Shown: piece after piece, positions 52,601-64,000 of the stretch | Numbering within the stretch: position 1 is the stretch's first letter | Layout: every line of letters starts with the position of its first letter | Source: Balanoglossus misakiensis | Lineage: Eukaryota; Animalia; Hemichordata | Length of the DNA: 64,000 nucleotides | Assembly (NCBI GenBank): GCA_040954595.2 | Contig: CM082585.2 | Coordinates: 2,634,902 to 2,698,901 of the forward strand | Direction of reading: 5' to 3' | Program-made: the position numbers and the translations under genes | The notes under the pieces: model-generated | What the model was told of the DNA's origin: nothing | What the model saw: only the letters and a program-made list of their open reading frames with translations | The model's database searches: none

Positions 52601-55600
52601 GCTCCCAATTGTGTGAATACCCTCGCTCTTGTCACCTTTTATCTAAACATGTACTGAACATACCTTCTTTCTTGTGTTCAGCTTTCAACAAATCAGCCTT
52701 GCTTCCAATCAATATCACTTTTGGTTTACTCCCACCCTCATCCATATCTTGTGGTATGATTGCCTTAAGGAATGCAAGCCATGATGTCACCTATTAAAGA
52801 AAGACATGAAGAAGAATATAAAGTCATCAATCATATTATATTCAATCAGTCCCTAAATCTGGATAAAAACAAAAAGAGATAAATGTTTCACAAATATATA
52901 TACTGTGCCATTCATCTTTACTTTAATTTCATTCACAATATTGCACCACCTAATTCACTGATGCACTGCTTAGTAATAAAAAAAATATTGTAATATATGC
53001 ACTGTGCCCTTTCTGAGTTTCATCTTTACCTTTATTCCATAATTGCTCAAAGTATTAATATCACTTATCATCAGTAACAAAAAAACAACGACCCACCTCT
53101 TGTCTCTGCTGTTGCATAAGTTTTCTTGGTGTCCAAACTACATCCTGCTTGTCCTCAGCCATTTTGAAGACCAATAAAACCACTGCATTCTCGACTCTTA
53201 GGAACATATTATGTGTGACATAGTATTCTGTTTGTCCCGCAAAGTCCCACACACTGAACTTGCCAATCTTGGGTATGGATAATGTGGCTACATCTATGCC
53301 GGGTGTTGGTGTGTACTGCATGTTCCCTGGTAAAGGTGCTTTCTCTTCTGACCGTCGAGTCAATTTTGCTTGCACAAAGTTCTGCATTGTAATATATGAA
53401 CATAAATGATGATTTTCTCATAATTTAGAGGTTGTAAACTTATAAACGGCAAGCGAGAGTATTTGATTCCGGATATAAGACCTCCCAGGTGAAACTTAGC
53501 ATATTTGGCGGGAAATAATCACTGAGCGAGGCGAGGCGTTCTGTTCTATGTGTCCCATTTCGGTTATTTTTTAGTTATTCACTGTTCAGGGTTCAGGTCT
53601 TCTCGTTGAGGATATAAACCGCGACTCGGGCCAATCAGCAAGCTGGATTAATGCCAATCATATTGTAATAATATAAAATATTTGGAGAATTGGCTGGTCA
53701 ACAAAATATGTACCCTGATTTCCACTGAAATGTAGTCTTCATGAAAACTTTAATATTTGCACAAATCCTTCACTCCTCAAAAACAGCAATAATTGGCATT
53801 CATAATCAAAGATTTCTACACACCCGCTGCAATGATTCTTTGAGTGTAGTTTTGCCATTCCCACCGTATCCAGCTAACACAATCTTTGTAGTATTACGTT
53901 TGACACCAGGTTGTCTCATGAGTGCTGTGAATTCTTTTTGGCGGGAAAACACCTGTCAGAATTTGAACAGATATGTTATGTGTTATATATATTGGGAATT
54001 TTTACACTCAATTTGCATGCCTTTCAATTAAACACCATGCCTTCACAGAAGTCACATAACATTTTGCTTCAGAAAAGATATTGATAAAAACGCTAGTATC
54101 AAAAATATAATTTACATTGTTAACTACACTATTATGATGTGCTTATGATGTGGAAGCTATCATTAACACTATAGAAATAATGCATAGTTAAAGCCTCATG
54201 AGCTGCCAAATTTAACATATTTTTTCCATAACTTCTATTTGCATAAGTTTGCCATCTCTTTGTGACGCATACCTCGATAGTTGTGTACTCTTTGTGTATA
54301 TTCAACATTGTTATTTTGCAAAATTTGAATTGAAGTCCGGACTAGAATTCATGAGTCAACAATAACAATGGTTGTTACAGAGACGGGAAATATACACAAG
54401 TTGAGTACTGGGCATATTAGCATGCAGTTTGGAGAAGAACATGAAATTGCATTTTGTACACAAAAGGAAAAAAATCTGGAAATAAAGCCAAAAGTTATAG
54501 GTAATGTCCCTTTAATGCATTCCTAGCTGGCACAATAGAATAAGCATGTAGTTAAAAATTTATATGACAGTCTGGTTTTATGTTTTCCATGTTATAAATA
54601 TAGAAGATAAATTCAAATACACTAGTGATATGATATGTTTTCATAGCCATTTATTATCAACATTACGACGTACCTTATGATGGTTGATCAGGTCTCTTTT
54701 GTCATCTCTGTCATACACTGAGTTTATAACTGCCTGTATTTTCATTGATGAAAACAGAACATATATGATTGATTATATTATACCAGTATATTGATGGTGT
54801 AAATCACGCTATTTTATTGGTCGAGACATGACACGTGACTGTGATATATTAGCCATATACCATAGTCATATATCATAGTCAAAGAAAATGCCTTTTTAAA
54901 ATGTTTTATGCAAAGTTTCAATATACTGGCATAATATAATAGCAATAAAACACCCCCAGCCATGGTATACCACTCGATTTTGACCAGTTCAACTCCATAT
55001 ACGCACTCGCTATCGCTCCTGCGTATATGTCGTGAACTGGTCAAAATCGAGTGGTACACCATGGCTGGGGGTGTTTTATTGCTTAAATGAACTAGCTGTA
55101 AAGTACAGGATTATGACAATTATACCACACCATGCATATTATGGACACTATTGTTAAATAATTTTGGTAAAAAATAAATGGATTTAAATATCCATGTGTC
55201 AGGTGTGAGTTGCCGGTAAGCTTTATAAAACTGGTCAATGAGCATCTTTTAGAACAACAGAAAGAGCCAATTGGTAAATAACTGAAATACAGCCAAATCT
55301 CACAGTCCAAATTGGCCAGTCAGAGTGACTTTCCTAAATTGGCCTTAATAGACAGGTGGCCTGTATATACAAGTCAATAATTGCCCATGTTAACTGCACA
55401 GGGACTGTAACAAAGTGGCCACTATATAGAGGTGGTCGGTAACTGACACAATTTCACTGTTTTATCAAAAGTGAGTAACCTTGCCCTTTTAAATCTAACT
55501 CAATACTTGCCTGATATACTTTCTCATTGTCAAAATGATATTCCACAAAGGCTCTTGCAATATTGGTGCCTGCACCCCGCCCAGCCTTCCTTCCTGCCTC

Positions 55601-58600
55601 TTGACAAGGAGTCACTCCGTTCTGAAAATGGATCACAAATTTTCATAGATGAATACATGCATCAGATGATTGAGGCACGCACACCTATAAGTCAAATTTT
55701 AGGTCCTCCCAAACACTGAGATAATTTGCTTTTGAGTTCATAAAAATGCAACTTTGAGCTACATATTTTACAAAATTTTCTTATGTGGGAGGGGGACACC
55801 CCCTCGCACACCCCTCCCCTTCCACTCTTCGCCACATATCATTTATTCGCTGGTTTGTCTAGTGTACCACGGCAGACTTCTACCCACCCTACCCCCGATG
55901 TTTACTTTGAGTGGAGTGGCCAAATTAAAATTTGTCCTGCCTAACATTGAGTTAATTTGCTTTAGAGTTCATTCGAATGCAACTTTGAGCACCGTATTTT
56001 ACAAAGTTTTCTTAAATTTTCTATTGTATTGACTTGTCATTTTATTTTGTTCATAGATTTTTTATTGCAACGATATACTATTATATATACTTCAATTACT
56101 TTAAGAAATTTATAATTGAGGTGTGAGGAGCCTCATTCCCTTTATTGCATACAGTGTACATAGGATCAGCACGGCGAATGTTTTCAGCGGGAGGGGGGGG
56201 GGTGTCATCATATTTTGGGTCTGTCAAAGGGGGGGTTATCATTTTTTGGTCCTCGGTGAAGGGGGGGTCGGCCTGATTTTGAAAATCGATGACCCAAACT
56301 TGCCCCCCCCCCCCAGCCGTAAAAACTGAACAGTCCCTAACGTGTGTATTCGATGCGAGCTGGAAGTCAAATGAACGGTTACTCACGTTGGAACACCCAT
56401 TCAAAATATGCAAATTAGGAAAAGACGCATATGCATTCTTTTCATCCCCAGAGACACACGCAGGAAATCAAGCAAGTGCGGCCACTAGCTGGAAGAGCTG
56501 AATTCAATGCATTGCCTTGTAATGTTCATGATACAGGGGGGTGATGATCAATGAATAGAACAACAATTGATTGATTAACAAAGAAAGAAAGAAAGGAATG
56601 CAAATCGTTTCCACACCTGCCTGTATAACACCTGACCTGACAGAGTGAGCAGTTTTGATTCAAAGGACAATGACAAAATTATATGACATATGCTGCAAAA
56701 TCCAAGGGGTCTCCTTTCTGTAAGTCATGAAGGAAGAGCATGAGAACAATGTCACAAAAATTGAAATGAAATGTGTTTTCTTATACAAACAAACAAACAA
56801 ACAAACAAATAAACAAACAAACAAACAAACAAACAAATGAATAAATATATCGGCATTGATAGAATAAACCTGCAGAAGTCAGGTTTGTATTTACCTTGTT
56901 TTGTATGTTAACATCAGCTTTGTGTTCCAATAACAATCTGACAAGGCCTTCACCACCAACCCTCCTTGCTGCATAATGCAAAGGAGTGTCTCCATCCTGT
57001 AAGTAATGAAGGAGGAGCATGAGAATAATGTCACAAAAATTGAAATATAATGTGAAATTTCCTTAAACAAAAACAAAAACAAAAAAATCTTTCAATACTT
57101 TCAGAATTAACCTGCAGAAGTCAGGTTGGTATTTACCTTGTTTTGTATGTTAGCGTCAGCTTTGTGTTCCAATAACAATCTAACAAGCCCTTCACCACCA
57201 TCCCTCCTTGCTGCATAATGCAAAGGAGTGTCTCCATCCTGTAAGTAATGAAGGAGGAGCATGAGAATAATGTCACAAAAATTGAAATATAATGTGAAAT
57301 TTCCTTAAACAAACAAACAAACAAATAAATGAATAAATATATCCGCAATGATAGAATAAACCTGCTGAAGTCAGGTTGGTATTTACCTTGTTTTGTATGT
57401 TAGCATCAGCTTTGTGTTCCAATAACAATCTGACAAGGCCGTCAACACCATCCCTCCTTGCTGCATCATGCGAAGGAGTGTCTCCATCCTGTAGGTAATG
57501 AAGGAGGAGCATGAAAATAATGTCACAAAAATTGAAATATAATGTGAAATTTCCTTAAACAAACAAACAACCAAATAAATGAATAAATATATCCGCATTG
57601 ATAGAATAAACCTGCAGAAGTCAGGTTGGTATTTACCTTGTTTTGTATGGTCACATCAGCTTTGTGTTCCAATAACAATCTGACATGGCCTTCATCATCA
57701 TCCCTTGCTGCATAATGCAAAGGAGTGTCTCCATCCTATAAGTAATGAAGGAGGAGCATGAGAATAATGTCACAAAAATTGAAATATAATGTGAAATTTC
57801 CTTAAACAAAAAAAACAAAAAAATATTTCAATACTTTCAGAATTAACCTATAGAAGTCAGGTTGGTATTTACCTTGTTTTGTATGTTAGCATCAGCTTTG
57901 TGTTCCAATAACAATCTGACACGTCCTTCATCACGAAACCTTGCTGCATAATGCAAAGGGGTGTCTCCATCCTGTAAGTAATGAAGGAGGAGCATGAGAA
58001 TAATGTCACAAAAATTGAAATCTAATGTGAAATTTCCTTAAACAAACAAACAAACAAACAAACAAATAAATGAATAAATATATCCGCATTGATAGAATAA
58101 ACCTGCTGAAGTCAGGTTGGTATTTACCTTGTTTTGTATGTTAGCATCAGCTTTGTGTTCCAATAACAATCTGACAAGGCCTTCACCACAATCCCTCCTT
58201 GCTGCATAATGCAAAGGAGTGTCTCCATCCTGTAAGTAATGAAGGAGGAGCATGAGAATAATGTCACAAAAATTGAAATATAATGTGAAATTTCCTTAAA
58301 CAAACAAACAAACAAACAAACAAATAAATGAATAAATATATCCGCATTGATAGAATAAACCTGCAGAAGTCAGGTTGGTATTTACCTTGTTTTGTATGTT
58401 AGCATCAGCTTTGTGTTCCAATAACAATCTGACAAGGCCTTCACCACCATCCCTCCTTGCCGCATCATGCAAAGGGGTGTCTCCTGTCTGTAAGTAATGA
58501 AGGAGGAGCATGAGAATAATGTCACAAAATTGAAATATAATGTGATATTTCCTTAACGAAACAAACAAACAAACAAATAGACAAACACACAATAAAATGA

Positions 58601-61600
58601 ATAAATATATCCGCATTGATAGAATTAACCTGCAGAAGTCAAGTTGGTATTTACCTCGTTTTGTATGGTCACATCAGCTTTGTGTTCCAATAACAATCTG
58701 ACAAGGCCTTCACCACCATCCCTCCTTGCCGCATAATGCAAAGGGGTGTCTCCTGTCTGTAAGTAATGAAGGAAGAGCATGAGAATAATGTCACAAAAAT
58801 TGAAATATAATGTGAAATTTCCTTAAACAAACAAACAACCAAATAAATGAATAAATATATCCGCATTGATAGAATAAACCTGCAGAAGTCAGGTTGGTAT
58901 TTACCTTGTTTTGTATGGTCACATCAGCTTTGTGTTCCAATAACAATCTGACACGGCCTTCATCATCATCCCTTGCTGCATAATGCAAAGGAGTGTCTCC
59001 ATCCTATAAGTAATGAAGGAGGAGCATGAGAATAATGTCACAAAAATTGAAATATAATGTGAAATTTCCTTAAACAAAAAAAAACAAAAAAATATTTCAA
59101 TACTTTCAGAATTAACCTATAGAAGTCAGGTTGGTATTTACCTTGTTTTGTATGTTAGCATCAGCTTTGTGTTCCAATAACAATCTGACATGTCCTTCAT
59201 CACGAAACCTTGCTGCATAATGCAAAGGGGTGTCTCCATCCTGTAAGTAATGAAGGAGGAGCATGAGAATAATGTCACAAAAATTGAAATATAATGTGAA
59301 ATTTCCTTAAACAAACAAACAAACAAACAAACAAATAAATGAATAAATATATCCGCATTGATAGAATAAACCTGCTGAAGTCAGGTTGGTATTTACCTTG
59401 TTTTGTATGTTAGCATCAGCTTTGTGTTCCAATAACAATCTGACAAGGCCTTCACCACAATCCCTCCTTGCTGCATAATGCAAAGGAGTGTCTCCATCCT
59501 GTAAGTAATGAAGGAGGAGCATGAGAATAATGTCACAAAAATTGAAATATAATGTGAAATTTCCTTAAACAAACAAACAAACAAACAAACAAACAAATAA
59601 ATGAATAAATATATCCGCATTGATAGAATAAACCTGCAGAAGTCAGGTTGGTATTTACCTTGTTTTGTATGTTAGCATCAGCTTTGTGTTCCAATAACAA
59701 TCTGACAAGGCCTTCACCACCATCCCTCCTTGCCGCATCATGCAAAGGGGTGTCTCCTGTCTGTAAGTAATGAAGGAGGAGCATGAGAATAATGTCACAA
59801 AATTGAAATATAATGTGATATTTCCTTAACGAAACAAACAAACAAACAAATAGACAAACACACAATAAAATGAATAAATATATCCGCATTGATAGAATTA
59901 ACCTGCAGAAGTCAAGTTGGTATTTACCTCGTTTTGTATGGTCACATCAGCTTTGTGTTCCAATAACAATCTGACAAGGCCTTCACCACCATCCCTCCTT
60001 GCCGCATAATGCAAAGGGGTGTCTCCTGTCTGTAAGTAATGAAGGAAGAGCATGAGAATAATGTCACAAAATTGAAATGTAATGTGAAATTTCCTTAAAC
60101 AAACAAACAAACTAACAAACAAACAAACAAATAGACAACGACACAAACAAATGAATAAATATATCTGCATTGATAGAATTAACCTGCAGAAGTCATGTTG
60201 GTATTTACCTTGTTTGGTATGGTCACATCAGCTTTGTGTTCCAATAAAAATCTGACAAGGCCTTGACCACGACACCCTCTTACTGCATAATGCAAAGGGG
60301 TGTCGCCATCCTGTAAGTAATGAAGGAGGAGCATGATGAGAATGTAAAGAAAAATGAAATGTAACATGAGGTTATTTTGTTAAAATGAACGATCGAACAA
60401 ACACACAAACGACAAATAATCGCAAACTCCCTTGTGGATAATATTAACCAACAGTAAATGGCATTTGAACAGAAACAGTATCGACTCTACACACAAGATG
60501 TGTAATTCAGTTTTATACATGCATTTTAACAAGCTAAAAGAATTCTGACAAAATATCTGCCAGTTGATACAGAAAGAAAAGTTACTATAAATAATTCACA
60601 AACAAACTCAAATTTGACAACTTGCAAAACAGATAACATTACGGATAACCAATACACCAATTTTAAACTGAACTTTATTTATGATTTTCTATCAAAAAAC
60701 TGACAGTGATGTGATGTTAGTGAACATTTCCTGAATGGGACCAATTTATTTTTGCAACCTGCACAATATAGAAGAAGATTTAGCAAACAACTACAGTGAC
60801 ATTTAGTAGAATTATCAGAAGAATTTTGAATAATCACATCTCATCTCCAATATGATGACAAATTTGAGATATGTGGAGATTTATGTGGAAACAGATCAAA
60901 CATCTGAGCTAACCAAACTATGTTTATTTCCTGTAGGAGGGCATCAGACTGTTCTCAGCACAAAGTAGCCAAGCTGTGCAGACTGAACGATGTGGATCAA
61001 AGGGGAAATAACAGAGAAATTGTATGTGACAAGGGATAAATCAATCATCATTAAAATAAATTTCTGCTGAGTGGTCCAACAATATCAAGTAGAGTTGTGC
61101 AATGGTGTCACTAGTTATTTGTAGAAATAGTGTTTAAATAAAAAAACTTGAATTTCACCGAAAAAAAAATCCATCTAAAGAAAGTTAACACTGATTCCCT
61201 TTCTCCATCGCACTGCATCAAAAAGTCTAATAACCAAAGAAAGACTTCAGTGGACACTGTGGCCAATGGGAATGTGTGGCAAACAAAATTAAATGCAATG
61301 AATGCAGTCATTCTTTTCATGAAATATAAAGAACAAACAAAATTATCAAAACTCTTCATAAGAGATACCATTGAAAGCCACAGTAGCACTAACTTTAAAG
61401 GACATTTGTGTAACCATTCCAGCCGTGCCCCACACTAAAACAGAACAGATTGGACCAGTCACACTTCCCTTAATCCTATTGTTCCCAATGTTTATCTCAT
61501 CAATATATCTATTGCATGCTTTTAGCACCTTCTCTCAGGTTCTGGAACCTGGTTGGTTAAAACTGGCTGTTCTGGCCATCTTGATCACCCCCTTTGAAAT

Positions 61601-63501
61601 GATTGGGTAAGTGACAGACAGTGATGAGAAGCTGAGGAGTGGAGCCGCACAGACCTCATGTTTTATAAGCTTGAGCTATTTCCAAGAGAAAGAGCAATCC
61701 AAATGCTGCCGCTGTGTTGCTCAGAATGATGAAAAAAATCATCCGACTGAACAATTTAATGTTAAAATGTATTATATTGTATAAAGTTTATAAAAGGTAA
61801 ATTGGGTTGGCACTGTGCTATTCAGCCTAAAGTACAAGCTAAAACTGGCCGACTCCTCTCGGCACCGTCAACAAGCACCCCTGCCCCCAGCAAGTCCCCA
61901 ACTTGACATGTGTGATGTGACCATGGCTGCGCATCCGTCTTTCGGTCCTAAAAGTTGCCAAACAAACCCCAGTTTAAAACGGCCCCAATCAGAGCCGCAA
62001 TGAAAACAAGTTCTTCTGGTAAAGTCTTACTCAAAATGTTGCTATGACTATAATTCTGACACAAAACTGAGCATGAGTGTGGACTGATTGCATAAAAATA
62101 TTGTGAAAGTACTTCATGTAAAAAAGGGAGGAGGCTCCACAAACCAGACTATTTTTGTTTATGTACATGATGTACTTGTGCGAGGGTTGTCAACTTGATA
62201 GCCATTCTCAAGATTTACAATCGTTATAAGAGTGTACGTATACAAGAAAAGTAAACTCCTGAATATTAAAGGGACAAAGTCTCTCTCTCTCTCGCTTCCC
62301 TTTTTCCATTAATTATGTTTGATACAAGACACTGTTTATGTTATTCTACATGTGTATGTAGTGAATCAACGTTCGACCACACACAAATATGCAAAGGAGA
62401 ATTTATTAATAAGCCATACCCACCAAAATCTTATCAGATCTAGAACTTATCATAACAATGCTACATACAAAATTTCATATCATTGGATTCAATTTCTCTC
62501 AAGATATGAGTGGAACAAAATCTGTCTACAGAAGGACAGACAGAAATCGCTGTGCCAATAATGAGATTATTATTTAAACCACAAAAGATTGATGATAAAC
62601 AATGCAATAAACAACAACATCCTTATGTTCAACAAGACAGTTTTTGGCAGATGCTGGAGACAATCCCCCTTTCTCATAACTCCAAATTGCTCACAGTGGA
62701 GATCAAATGTCTCAGATATAGGAGAGACAATCACATCACCATAATGAATCAATACTTGCCTGTGTCTGGACAACACGTGGCCGAGAGGAAGTAGTTTTGA
62801 TTCAAAGGACAGTGACAAATTATATGGCACCTCCTTATGATGAATTGTATTAGGTACCAGACAGGAGTTGGCAGATGCTGGAGGCCGACAGACAATCACC
62901 CTATCTGATACGTTCTGTGATAGGATTGGCATGGACTGTCATCAGTCTATCTGTACAACACCTGACCAATGGAGGGAGTAGTTTTGATTCAAAGGGCAAT
63001 GGACAAATATATACATTGTATCCCAGACACAATTTACTAAGAAAACTACAGAGGAAATGGCACTATTGAGAAAGCTCATACTTTTAGAATTTACCTGCAG
63101 AAGTCAGGTTGGTATTTACCTTGTTTTGTATGGTTACATCAGCTTTGTGTTCCAATAACAATCTGACACGGCCTTCACCAACATCCCTCCTTGCTGCAGA
63201 GTGCAAAGGGGTGTCTCCCCACTGTAAGTAATGAAGGAGGAGCATGAGAACAATGTCACAAAAATTAAACGTAATGTGTAATTTTCCTTAAACAAAAAAC
63301 AAACAAACAAACAAACAAACAAACAAACAAACAAACAAAAAATAAATGAATAAATCATTCCATACTGATAGATTAACCTGCAGAAGTCAAGTTGGTATTT
63401 ACCTGGGTTTGTATGGTAACATCAGCTTTGTGTTCCAATAACAATCTGACACAGCCTTCACCACCAAACCCTGCTGCATCATTCAAAGGGGTGACTCCAT
63501 C
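48397..63501 (-). CDS. Ankyrin-repeat Roc-COR-Death domain protein (DAPK1-like Roco); 5' end lies beyond the window; frameshift in the last exon
   Basis: 16 ankyrin exons (63403-63501 down to 56895-56996), then 55511-55621, 54674-54733, 53824-53952 (P-loop GYGGNGKTT), 53097-53381 (TPGID, WDFAGQTEYY), 52664-52790 (IGSKAD), 52154-52302, 50659-50838 and 48397-49651 (COR: VLDPQWLC, FFPRLH, WKNGI; Death domain: GNDYRAMADLMG..SPTQHALSVW). Splice phases are consistent. No kinase domain in the window. Confidence 0.9.
50381..50593. mobile_element. Tc1/mariner-type MITE; other copies at ~3058-3250, ~5693-5895, ~10225-10425, ~14451-14657
   Basis: ta|CTGTAAAAC ... GTTTTACAG|ta, with the internal ttttcgcga motif shared among copies. 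Confidence 0.7.
50659..50838 (-). CDS. Roco gene exon (COR N-terminal part)
   Basis: ttacag|REEYIPKLCAKIL..FLKKATRYLYYLGE|gtaag, 180 nt, phase 0-0. Confidence 0.85.
52154..53952 (-). CDS. Roc GTPase exons (53824-53952, 53097-53381, 52664-52790, 52154-52302)
   Basis: G1 GYGGNGKTT, G2 TPGID, G3 WDFAGQ, G4 SKAD; canonical splice sites and matching phases. Confidence 0.9.
54810..55086. mobile_element. Second copy of the 44.6-kb hairpin element (reverse orientation), intronic
   Basis: Palindrome 54941-55083 is near-identical to 44650-44791. Confidence 0.65.
56690..60345 (-). repeat. Tandem array of exon+intron units (~235-280 bp), each carrying one 99/102-nt ankyrin-repeat exon
   Basis: 14 intact exons: 56895-56996, 57137-57238, 57387-57488, 57637-57735, 57873-57971, 58128-58229, 58386-58487, 58655-58756, 58905-59003, 59142-59240, 59397-59498, 59659-59760, 59928-60029, 60209-60310. 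Each is bounded by tta(c/t)ag| (one ctacag|) and |gtaaat and encodes xGDTPLHxAA...VRLLLEHKADxxIQNK. Introns are homologous, with variable (aaac)n. Confidence 0.95.
63120..63501 (-). CDS. Two further ankyrin exons (63403-63501, 63120-63221)
   Basis: DGVTPLNDAAGFGGEGCVRLLLEHKADVTIQTQ and WGDTPLHSAARRDVGEGRVRLLLEHKADVTIQNK; same donor context as the array. Confidence 0.85.
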
Positions 63502-63506
63502 CTGTA

Positions 63507-64000
63507 GATAGATAGATAATAGATAGATAATTTTTATTATAGTGACTAGTGTTTTTTCAACACCAAGCCACAACGGGCTTATTAGTCACTTTAAACAAAA
63601 AGAAATACATATTCATCTGAGTTGCTGTTCATGATACACACACACAAAAATGAAGTAAAAACTACACAGGTATCTGAAAAATCTCGCACAGAAATTGCAG
63701 ACAAAAAAATGTAGGTTGTCAGCGTACTTCGTAGAGTACAGACTGCCGTTTCCAATAAGCTTTAGCAATAAATTTTGATGTGCTTCGACTCATTTCATTG
63801 AGGAGCAGTTTTAGTTTCTCTATTTCTGACAAATCTTGGAACTCTGAAAAATGCTTACTGGTAATATCAAATAAATGCTCTCGATATTCAGTATATAAGG
63901 TACAGTGCAAAAGAAAATGAAATTCGTCTTCCACTGCATTCTCTGAACAAAATATACAAATTCTATCATTCAAAGCTTCTCCTCTAAATCTGCCTGTTTC
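63507..64000 (-). mobile_element. 3' end of a non-LTR retrotransposon (LINE ORF2 C-terminal Zn-finger-like region, 3' UTR, (TATC)n tail)
   Basis: GRF..NDRICIFC..EDEFHFLLHCTLYTEYR is a typical LINE ORF2 C-terminal motif; it is followed on the minus strand by AATAAA and (tatc)n. Confidence 0.8.

Noticed and set aside
56866-60345. CRISPR-like array
   Set aside because: Units are whole exon+intron duplicates with splice sites and a coding frame, not short repeats with unique spacers. No cas genes; eukaryotic context.
56781-60367. ORF-track peptides such as METLLCIMQQGG.. and the FVCLFVCLFV tails
   Set aside because: Alternative frames of the ankyrin exons and read-through into the (aaac)n intron microsatellite.
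29265-63501. RAG-like transposase acting V(D)J-style on the ankyrin array
   Set aside because: No heptamer/nonamer (CACAGTG/ACAAAAACC) signals seen around the exons, the transposase is disrupted, and proximity is explained by TE density.
48397-63501. Gene symbol DAPK1
   Set aside because: No kinase domain is visible and the expanded ankyrin array differs; orthology cannot be shown from this window.

Overview
Eukaryotic (animal) genomic DNA: AT-rich, intron-containing and transposon-rich. A marine invertebrate deuterostome such as a hemichordate is my inference only. Most supplied ORFs are spurious or pieces of exons. (1) 719-16.5k: decayed minus-strand exons of an extracellular mucin-like/EGF gene, triplicated in tandem; two copies are near-identical with a 4532-bp period. 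(2) 21573-25225: a 3.65-kb foldback, Academ-like DNA transposon with ~1.55-kb inverted arms. (3) 29.2-35.4k: a disrupted RAG1/Transib-like DDE transposase containing a SAP motif. (4) 37694-41444: an 11-exon Kolobok-like transposase with one frameshift and a P-type MITE upstream. (5) 48397 to at least 63501, minus strand: an ankyrin-Roc-COR-Death (DAPK1-like Roco) gene. Its ankyrin domain is built from at least 16 phase-0 single-repeat exons, 14 of them in a homogenised ~235-280-bp exon+intron tandem array, with variation concentrated at predicted ligand-contact positions. This array is the best candidate for an undescribed diversifying immune-receptor system. The gene has a frameshift in the COR region. 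Many MITEs, hairpin elements, a Gypsy relic and a LINE 3' end fill the rest.
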